Shown here: in pieces, positions 28,794 through 35,800 of the stretch | How the letters are laid out: every line of letters starts with the position of its first letter | How positions within the stretch are numbered: the first letter of the stretch is position 1 | Assembly (NCBI GenBank): GCA_965213995.1 | Contig: OZ243929.1 | Location: forward strand, 385,807 to 449,806 | DNA length: 64,000 nucleotides | Reading direction: 5' to 3' | Origin: Gammaproteobacteria bacterium | GTDB lineage: Bacteria > Pseudomonadota > Gammaproteobacteria > Steroidobacterales > Foliamicaceae | The notes under the pieces: generated by a model | Databases searched by the model: none | Seen by the model: the letters and a program-made list of their open reading frames with translations, nothing else | Told to the model about the DNA's origin: nothing | Position numbers and translations under genes: made by a program

Positions 28794-30204
28794 CGCGTTC
28801 CACCTCGCAGGTCACGAGAAATTCCAACGGACCGATGCCAACCCTGTCGCCCCCTCTCAGCGGCGCTGATTCCGCCACCGGAGCGCCGTTAAGGCGCGTG
28901 CCGTAACGGCTGTGATCGTGCAGCAAGGCTTGGCCGCTCTCCAGCAGCACGGTGCAGTGGTTGCGGGAAACGCCGCCTTCCGGCGACAGCGCGATGGCTA
29001 GGCCGTCCGGCTGCGGAGCGGAGCCAAGATGCAGCCCCTGCTCGTCGATGCGCCAGGCGCGCCCGCCAAGAACCAGATGGGTCGGCGTCAGCGCCCCTTC
29101 AGCCGCCTCCGCGCCCCCTGGCATAGCAGTGCCCAAAACCCCGGGATGATCGGGCCCGGCGCCGGCCGGCGCTTCCTGCGGCGGATCACTGGCCGCAAGG
29201 GAACGGAGCAGCATGTAGCGGTCCTTGCCGGCCGGCAGCGCCGGCACGCGGGCCAGCGCCCCAAGGGCCGAGGCCCCCGGCGGCAATGCCTCGACACCCT
29301 TCGGCAGCAAGCCCGCCAGCGCCTCGGCAACGCCCGGCATGGCGGCCAGCGCGGCCGAAAGCCGAACCAGCGCGGATCCGGGGCCGGCGCACCAGGAACG
29401 CAGCCGGTTGACAGGCGCCGCCAACTGCCGCTCCATTGCCGCCATGAATTCATCCCGGCGCAGCCTGGCCAAAGCCGGAATCGCCGCCCCGCTCACTTCA
29501 ACCTTCAGCTCGCCCTGCGCCACCAGGCTGCGCAGCCAGCCGTCTTGCTGTTCGGCAAGCTGCTGTTCCGTTTCCGGCAGGTCGAGAGGATCGAAGCGCG
29601 ATTCCGCCACAAAGCGCGCAGCCACATAAGCGACCGCCGCCGCTCGTAGATGCCGAAGGCCGGGACGGCCATTGAAGAGCAACTCCTCCGAGCAAATGCG
29701 TCCCTCATGCAGATCAAGCCGCGATGCCACAATGCGTTCCCCGTCGGCATCGATATGGACGCAGGAGCTGCCGGACGCGATTTCGCGCACGGCGGCCACG
29801 CCGCTCTCCACCAAGCCAGCCACTGGCAAGCCGACCTCCTCCGCGATGCCGAGAAGCAGCGCCAGACGATCATCGCCGGCGCCGGCCGGAACCACCAGGA
29901 TGACGCCTTCGATGCCCTCCGCCGATTTGCGGAAACGGGTCCACAATTCGGCTAGGTGGGCATGCGCCAAGTCCGCGAAGGTGCGCAGATTCCCGGCCGG
30001 CCTGGACAGCGGCGCTTCCGAAAGCAGGTCCCAGTAATTCCAGTAGCCCTGTCCGGGGTTGCGCCGCGCCGCGTCCGCCGCCGGCTTGCCGAACAGTACC
30101 CGGCGCTTTTCCGCGAAAGCCACACCCGGCTCATTGAACAGCACGCCGCCTTCGGCGGCGCCGATCAGCGCCGCGCCGTTGACCTCAAGGGCGACCCGCG
30201 CCAT
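28783..30204 (-). CDS. Soluble protein with degenerate Hsp70/actin-like N-terminal region and canonical C-terminal FHA domain
   Basis: C-terminus: GGVSRNHCTVLLESGQALLHDHSRYGTRLNGAPV...GDRVGIGPLEFLV (FHA signature). N-terminus: VILVVPAGAGDDRLALLLGIAEEVGLPVAGLVESGVAAV and VHIDADGERIVASRL resemble Hsp70 segments (VITVPAYFND.QR.AT.DAG.IAGL.V.RIINEPTAAA; V.DLGGGTFDVS), but the phosphate-1 DLGTTNS motif reads LEVNGAAL. Confidence 0.75.
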   Translation of the reverse strand: MARVALEVNGAALIGAAEGGVLFNEPGVAFAEKRRVLFGKPAADAARRNPGQGYWNYWDLLSEAPLSRPAGNLRTFADLAHAHLAELWTRFRKSAEGIEGVILVVPAGAGDDRLALLLGIAEEVGLPVAGLVESGVAAVREIASGSSCVHIDADGERIVASRLDLHEGRICSEELLFNGRPGLRHLRAAAVAYVAARFVAESRFDPLDLPETEQQLAEQQDGWLRSLVAQGELKVEVSGAAIPALARLRRDEFMAAMERQLAAPVNRLRSWCAGPGSALVRLSAALAAMPGVAEALAGLLPKGVEALPPGASALGALARVPALPAGKDRYMLLRSLAASDPPQEAPAGAGPDHPGVLGTAMPGGAEAAEGALTPTHLVLGGRAWRIDEQGLHLGSAPQPDGLAIALSPEGGVSRNHCTVLLESGQALLHDHSRYGTRLNGAPVAESAPLRGGDRVGIGPLEFLVTCEVERDGA

Positions 30205-30220
30205 CCGGCCCGCCGAAAAT

Positions 30221-31018
30221 TCAGCCGCCCTGCAAGCGCCTGATCAGCCGTTCGTCGCAGTAGTCTGCCGTTTCGAAGACCAGGCGCTCCTGCAGCAACT
30301 GAAGCTGATGAACCAGAAACATAATGAAGATGCTGACAAGCAAGGCGAAGAAGGTGGAATTGAAGGCCACGCCCAGGCTTTCAGTCACGCCGCTTATATC
30401 CCCTTCCACGGCCCGGTAGGCCAATGTCAGCGCCTCGCCGATTCCGCGCACCGTTCCGATAAAGCCAATCGACGGAATCGCCCAAGCGATATACCGGATC
30501 ATCGACAGCTCGGATTCCAGCCGCTCCGCCTCGGCATTGACCAGCGACTGGGTGGCGGACGACACGTCCTGCACATTTCCGGTGGCCCCGAACCGCTGCA
30601 ATGCGCTTAGCAGAACACGCGGAAGAAGCAGCCGCTGCTCTCCAGGCGGCAGCGCCCGCAACTGCCGCGCATGTTCGCGGGTATCTTCCGGCAGAATCCG
30701 CATTCCTTCGGCCAGAGGCAAGAGGTCACGCTGCAGCAGCGAACGCTCGCGCAGGGCCCCGCGGGCCTTGTAGCCCATGATCGCCAGCGCCCAGAGCGCC
30801 AGGATCAGGCAGGCCTCCTGCTCGAAGTCGCGCACGATCACGTAGAGGGATCGCTCCGGCACGTATTCCGAGTCCTGCTCCAGGCGGATGCGCTGCTCCT
30901 CCAGAACGGCGCTGGCCTGCGGGCGGATCCAGGCCACATACATCGCATGCACCAGAATCACCGCGAGAAACAGCGAGAACAACTGGAAAACGAACTCGAC
31001 CGGCAACTGCTTTCTCAT
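30221..31018 (-). CDS. MotA/TolQ/ExbB-family proton-channel-like protein (four predicted TM helices)
   Basis: Start at MRKQLPVEF (ATG 31018, overlapping the upstream stop as ATGA). C-terminal block IAWAIPSIGFIGTVRGIGEAL...SLGVAFNSTFFALLVSIFIMFL parallels ExbB/TolQ. The Arg/Gly-rich upstream extension of track ORF 30221..31429 is rejected. Confidence 0.8.
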   Translation of the reverse strand: MRKQLPVEFVFQLFSLFLAVILVHAMYVAWIRPQASAVLEEQRIRLEQDSEYVPERSLYVIVRDFEQEACLILALWALAIMGYKARGALRERSLLQRDLLPLAEGMRILPEDTREHARQLRALPPGEQRLLLPRVLLSALQRFGATGNVQDVSSATQSLVNAEAERLESELSMIRYIAWAIPSIGFIGTVRGIGEALTLAYRAVEGDISGVTESLGVAFNSTFFALLVSIFIMFLVHQLQLLQERLVFETADYCDERLIRRLQGG

Positions 31019-31557
31019 GGCTTTCCCTCCGGCGGCATCCGCCGAATCCGGGGCGGCCGGGGCATCAAAACCCGGCGCAGACGCCCGCTGCCTTCTTCCC
31101 AGACAGCGGCATGCGGAGCGGACCCAAACTCGAGCTCCGCCACCGCGCAGGTGGGAAACTTCCCGTGCAGGATCGCAAAAGCATCCGGCTCGCCCGATCC
31201 GGCCAGGTAGAGCGCCAGCTCCTGCAGCGCGGGATTGTGCCCCACCACCATCAGATCGCCCGCATCCCGCGGCAGCCCGCGAAGGCATCCCAGCACCGCT
31301 TGGGGGCTGAAGGTGTAAAGCGGGCGCAGAACGTCCACGCGCAAGTCCGCCGGCAAGGCCGGCAACACGCCGCACATTGTTTCCACCGCCCTGCGTCCCG
31401 CCGAGCACAGCACCCGCTTGGGCGCGCATCCGGCCGCCGCCAGCTTGCGACCCATCTCGGGCGCGTTGCGGCGCCCGCGAGGCGCCAGCGCGCGGGCGAA
31501 ATCATCCGCCGGCCAAGGCTCGGCCTTGGCGTGGCGAAGCAGCCATAAGCGAGTCAT
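31015..31557 (-). CDS. SixA-type histidine-phosphatase-superfamily protein
   Basis: MTRLWLLRHAKAE (RHA catalytic motif), SAGRRAVETM, and LMVVGHNPALQEL (second catalytic His in the SixA-type GHNP context). Start chosen at 31557; the longer track ORF is rejected. Confidence 0.8.
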   Translation of the reverse strand: MTRLWLLRHAKAEPWPADDFARALAPRGRRNAPEMGRKLAAAGCAPKRVLCSAGRRAVETMCGVLPALPADLRVDVLRPLYTFSPQAVLGCLRGLPRDAGDLMVVGHNPALQELALYLAGSGEPDAFAILHGKFPTCAVAELEFGSAPHAAVWEEGSGRLRRVLMPRPPRIRRMPPEGKP

Positions 31558-31633
31558 AGCGCTGATTCCGGCCACCCGGCATAAGGATCGAAGAATGCCC
31601 GCGCTGTCATGACTCCTGTATGCTACCCCGATC

Positions 31634-33832
31634 ATGGAGCCCATGCCACGACCGCTAAGTCCGGCGGAAAACGCCGGCGGCCGGCTGATCAACCGCGAGC
31701 TGTCGTGGCTGCAGTTCAACACCCGGGTTCTTGAGGAAGCCGGCAACGCCAACCATCCGCTGCTGGAGCGCGTGCGTTTCCTGTCGATTTCAGCGAGCAA
31801 CCTCGACGAGTTCTACATGGTGCGGGCGGCCGGCCTCATGGCCCAGGTGGCCGCAGGCGTCGCCCAGGCCAGCGCCGACGGCCTGCAGCCCAGCGAGCAA
31901 CTGCAGGCCATCCGCCAGCAGGTCAAGCGGCTGCTCAAGGCCCAATCGAAGCGCAGCGCAAAACTGCTGGACGAATGCCGCGAAGCGGGCGTGGCCGTGG
32001 CCGGCACCCGGGAACTGGGCGCAAAGGCCCGGGAATGGCTTTCCCGATGGTTCGAGGATCAGCTCTTTCCGGTGCTCACGCCTCAGGCCGTGGACCCCGC
32101 CCATCCGTTTCCGTTCATTCAAAGCGGCTGCCTCGTTTACGTGCTGCGGCTCAAGCGGCCGAGGGACAAGCGCGAATTCAACGGCCTTGTCCTGGTTCCT
32201 CCGCAGATCGAGCGCTTCGTTCGGGTGCCCGGCAAGTCGCTGCGCTTCGTGGCCGTGGAGGATATCGTGGCCCGGCATTTCGGACGCCTGTTCCCTGGCA
32301 TGGAGATACTAGGGCACGGCATATTCCGCATCAGCCGCGACAGCGATCTGGAGATCGACGAGGAAGCCGAGGATTTGGTCCGCACCTTTGAGACTGCCCT
32401 TTTGCGGCGGCGCAGGGGCAATGTGATCCGGGTGGAAGTGGCGGCCGGAATGCCTAAGAATTTCCGCAGATTCGTGCTCAGGGCGTTCGATGCCTCGCAT
32501 GCGCATGTGTTCGATATCGAAGGCATGCTCGGATTGGCGGATATCAAGCAGATCATCGCCGAGGAACGGGCGGACCTGCAGCACGAGCCGCTGAACGTGC
32601 GCTACCCCGAGCGGGTGCGGGAATACGGCGGCGATATTCTCGCCGCAATCCGCGCCAAGGATTTCGTGGTGCATCACCCCTACGAGAGCTTCGACGTGGT
32701 GGTGCAGTTCCTGCGCCGCGCCACCGCCGATCCGGCGGTGGTGGCGATTAAGCAAACCCTTTACCGCACATCGGAAGATTCGCCGATCGTGGAGGCGCTG
32801 ATCGCGGCCGCCGAGGCCGGCAAGCTGGTCACCGCCATGGTGGAGCTCAGGGCGCGTTTCGACGAAGCGGCGAATATTCGCTGGGCCCGCGAGATGGAGC
32901 GGGCCGGCGTGCAGGTGGTGTACGGTTTCGTGGAATTAAAAACCCACGCCAAGGTTTCGCTGGTGGTGCGGCGCGAGGGCGGCAAGCTCCGCACCTACAC
33001 GCATTTCGGAACCGGCAACTACCATCCGGTCAACGCCCGCGTTTACGTGGACCTCAGCTACTTCACCTGCGACGCGGCGCTGGGCCGCGACACGGCCCGC
33101 CTGTTCAACTACATGACCGGCTACGCCACCCCCGAAGATATGGAGAAGCTGGTTTACGCGCCCATGCAACTGAAGGATACGCTGGTGGATCTGATCGACG
33201 CGGAAACCGTGCATGCCCGGGCCGGCCGGCCGGCGGAAATCTGGGCCAAGCTCAATGCGCTGGTGGATCCGGAAATCATCGACTGCCTCTACCGGGCCAG
33301 CCAGGCAGGCGTATCCATCGAGCTCTATGTGCGCGGCATCTGCTGTCTGCGCCCGGGAATCATCGGGCTTTCGGAAAATATCCGTGTGCACAGCATGGTT
33401 GGAAGGTTCCTGGAGCACGCCCGCATCCTTTGCTTTGGCGCCGGACACCAGCTTCCCTCCACCGCAAGCAAGGTCTTTATTTCGTCCGCCGACTGGATGC
33501 CCAGGAACCTGCACAACCGCGTGGAAACCCTAGTGCCAATCGAGAACGAAACCGTTAAAAGGCAGCTGGTGGAACAAGTCCTCATGGCCAACCGCTTTGA
33601 CATCATGCAAAGTTGGGAAATGCAGCCGGACGGCTCCTACCAGCGCCTGCCGCAACCCCCCCGGGCATTCAACGCGCATACCTGGTTCATGACCCATCCC
33701 AGCTTGTCGGGGCGCGGAAGCGCGCTGCGTGAATCGCGCCCCGCCATGCCGGGCGAGCTCTTTCCCAAACACGGGGGCGCCGCGGCTGAAGAAAACGCGC
33801 CGTCCCCCGCCCTAGTGAAAGCCGCCGTCTGA
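31634..33832 (+). CDS. ppk: Polyphosphate kinase 1
   Basis: 732 aa. INRELSWLQFNTRVLEEA N-terminus; two PLD-like HKD-type regions (..THAKVSLVVRRE.., ..FLEHARILCFG..). Confidence 0.95.
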   Translation: MEPMPRPLSPAENAGGRLINRELSWLQFNTRVLEEAGNANHPLLERVRFLSISASNLDEFYMVRAAGLMAQVAAGVAQASADGLQPSEQLQAIRQQVKRLLKAQSKRSAKLLDECREAGVAVAGTRELGAKAREWLSRWFEDQLFPVLTPQAVDPAHPFPFIQSGCLVYVLRLKRPRDKREFNGLVLVPPQIERFVRVPGKSLRFVAVEDIVARHFGRLFPGMEILGHGIFRISRDSDLEIDEEAEDLVRTFETALLRRRRGNVIRVEVAAGMPKNFRRFVLRAFDASHAHVFDIEGMLGLADIKQIIAEERADLQHEPLNVRYPERVREYGGDILAAIRAKDFVVHHPYESFDVVVQFLRRATADPAVVAIKQTLYRTSEDSPIVEALIAAAEAGKLVTAMVELRARFDEAANIRWAREMERAGVQVVYGFVELKTHAKVSLVVRREGGKLRTYTHFGTGNYHPVNARVYVDLSYFTCDAALGRDTARLFNYMTGYATPEDMEKLVYAPMQLKDTLVDLIDAETVHARAGRPAEIWAKLNALVDPEIIDCLYRASQAGVSIELYVRGICCLRPGIIGLSENIRVHSMVGRFLEHARILCFGAGHQLPSTASKVFISSADWMPRNLHNRVETLVPIENETVKRQLVEQVLMANRFDIMQSWEMQPDGSYQRLPQPPRAFNAHTWFMTHPSLSGRGSALRESRPAMPGELFPKHGGAAAEENAPSPALVKAAV

Positions 33833-33838
33833 ACGCTC

Positions 33839-35335
33839 GTGCCAGGCGTGCTGCGAACCACCCCTGCTACCCCGGGCGAGGCGCCGGTGGCGGTCATCGA
33901 TGTGGGCTCCAACTCGGTGCGCTTGGTGGTGTACGAAAACAGCGGACGCGCGCCGCTGCCGATCTTTAACGAAAAGGCCTTGTGCGGCCTGGGCCGGGAA
34001 CTGGACCGCAGCGGCAGGATGGAGGAAAAATCGATCGGCCTGGCGATGGACAGCCTGCGCCGCTTCGCGCAATTATGCCCCCGAATGGGAGTGCGGGATA
34101 TCCATGCCGTGGCCACCGCGGCCGTTCGCGAAGCGAGCAACGGGCCGGAATTTCTGGATAAAGTGCGCGAGCAGTGCGGCCTTGATATCAAGCTGCTGTC
34201 CGGCGCCCGCGAAGCGGAAGTGTCCGCTGCCGGCGTCGTGAGCGCAATTCCCAATGCAAGCGGGCTGGCCGCCGATCTGGGCGGGGCGAGCCTGGAACTG
34301 ATTCTTCTCGATAGCGGCCGGGTCGCCGAGAGCATTTCCCTGCCGTTCGGCACAGTGCGCCGAAACAGCGCCGAACCGCTTGCCCAGAGCCGCAAGGCGG
34401 TTGCGTACCGGCTTGCGGCCCTGGATTGGCTGCGGCAGGCCCGGAGCCAGCGCCTATACCTGGTTGGGGGCGCCTGGCGGGCGCTGGCACAGATGCATAT
34501 GGATGAAACGGGCTACCCGCTGCATGTGATTCACCACTACGCGCTCGACGCGCGCGCTGCCGGCGATTTTTGCGCCGCGCTGGCCGGCTGGCCACGCGAG
34601 CGTCTGGAAGCCGCCAAGGGATTGCGCGCGGACAGGCTGGAATCGCTGCCGTTTGCGGCAGCCGTTATCGACTGCCTGCTACAGCGGACTTGCGCCGGCC
34701 AGATCGTGTTTTCCGCCAACGGATTGCGTGAAGGCTGCCTGTACAAAGCCCTGCCCCCGCTGGAGCGGGAAATGGATCCGCTTTTGTCGATATGCGAAAC
34801 CACAGCGCGACGCATGGGACGCGGCGGCTCCGGCGGCGATTTGCTGGCCGAATGGATCGCTCCGGCGCTCGACGGCGTGGCCCCGCGCAAGCTTCGTCTG
34901 GCTGCATGCCACTTGTCCGATATCGGCTGGTCCGAACACCCCGATTACCGCGCCGAGCAGGTATTTCTCCGCATACTGCGCATGCCGCTCACAGGCGCCG
35001 ATCACCGCGAACGGGTGATGCTGGGGCTGGCCGTCGCCTCGCGACACGCCTCTTTGGGTTCGAGCCTCAAGAGGCTGGGCCTGCGCCAGCTCATCAACAG
35101 GGAGGAAGAGCGCCAATCGACCGTGACCGGGCTGGCCATGCGCCTTGCCTACACGATCTCGGGCGGGGCCTTGAGCGTGCTCAGACAGTTTCGTTTGCAG
35201 CGGACATCGAAGACGCTGGTGCTGACCGGACCTGAGGATGGCCAAATACTGGTTGGAAACACCGTGCAGCGCCGCCTGCGCACGCTGGCGGAAAAACTGG
35301 GATTGGATCATGCCATTCGACTGTCGGGCCGCTAG
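33839..35335 (+). CDS. ppx: Exopolyphosphatase (Ppx/GppA family)
   Basis: VAVIDVGSNSVRLVVYE..., GGASLEL, and ~500 aa in total. Immediately downstream of ppk (6-nt gap, GTG start). Confidence 0.9.
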   Translation: MPGVLRTTPATPGEAPVAVIDVGSNSVRLVVYENSGRAPLPIFNEKALCGLGRELDRSGRMEEKSIGLAMDSLRRFAQLCPRMGVRDIHAVATAAVREASNGPEFLDKVREQCGLDIKLLSGAREAEVSAAGVVSAIPNASGLAADLGGASLELILLDSGRVAESISLPFGTVRRNSAEPLAQSRKAVAYRLAALDWLRQARSQRLYLVGGAWRALAQMHMDETGYPLHVIHHYALDARAAGDFCAALAGWPRERLEAAKGLRADRLESLPFAAAVIDCLLQRTCAGQIVFSANGLREGCLYKALPPLEREMDPLLSICETTARRMGRGGSGGDLLAEWIAPALDGVAPRKLRLAACHLSDIGWSEHPDYRAEQVFLRILRMPLTGADHRERVMLGLAVASRHASLGSSLKRLGLRQLINREEERQSTVTGLAMRLAYTISGGALSVLRQFRLQRTSKTLVLTGPEDGQILVGNTVQRRLRTLAEKLGLDHAIRLSGR

Positions 35336-35386
35336 CGGCTAGCGCCCGACAAGCTCCAGCGGCGCGACCCGCAACTCCGGAGCCCC

Positions 35387-35800
35387 TCAGATATCAGTCG
35401 GCCAGACGACGGGGTTGTCTGCCGAAAGCGGCTCGGACGGCGTGAATTCCTCCAGTACCTCCTCGTTCCCTAGCGCTTCCTCAATGCGCGCCAGATCCTC
35501 TTCGATGGAGGCGACCTCGGCGGACAACTCCGGTTGCGTATCTGGCGCATCTTCGCCTGAAGCTTCGGAACCAAGGGCTGCGTCGCTGAAAGACGGGAGG
35601 GCATTGTTGCCCGCAGGATCAATGCTCCCGCTCTCCGGAGAGGCTTCGATTCCAAGCAGCGCGCCATTCCCGGGCGACTCCGCCTCCGCGGCGGAGCGAT
35701 CCTGCGACTGGAACCCGAGCCAGCGGCCCGCCTGGCCGGCGGCCCAAGTGAGGCTGATGCCGAGACCGATAACAGCGATGACGCCGGATAATTTCCTCAT
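35387..35800 (-). CDS. Small acidic, probably secreted/anchored low-complexity protein
   Basis: 137 aa. N-terminal hydrophobic segment (VIAVIGLGISLTWAAG), then a Glu/Asp/Ser-rich sequence. Its ATG overlaps the upstream stop (ATGA at 35797-35800). Confidence 0.5.
   Translation of the reverse strand: MRKLSGVIAVIGLGISLTWAAGQAGRWLGFQSQDRSAAEAESPGNGALLGIEASPESGSIDPAGNNALPSFSDAALGSEASGEDAPDTQPELSAEVASIEEDLARIEEALGNEEVLEEFTPSEPLSADNPVVWPTDI

Noticed and set aside
31019-31800. Long N-terminal extensions of track ORFs 30221..31429 and 31015..31800
   Set aside because: The extensions are Arg/Gly/Ala-rich, overlap the upstream gene or intergenic region, and precede clean family-typical N-termini (MRKQLPVEF...; MTRLWLLRHAKAE). 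The internal ATG at 31018 forms an ATGA coupling with the upstream stop.
35325-35348. Hairpin cgggc(c)gctag-cgg-ctagcgcccg overlapping the ppx stop codon, considered as a bidirectional terminator
   Set aside because: It has a 3-nt loop, one bulge and no U-tract on either strand. It may contribute to termination but cannot be supported as an intrinsic terminator.
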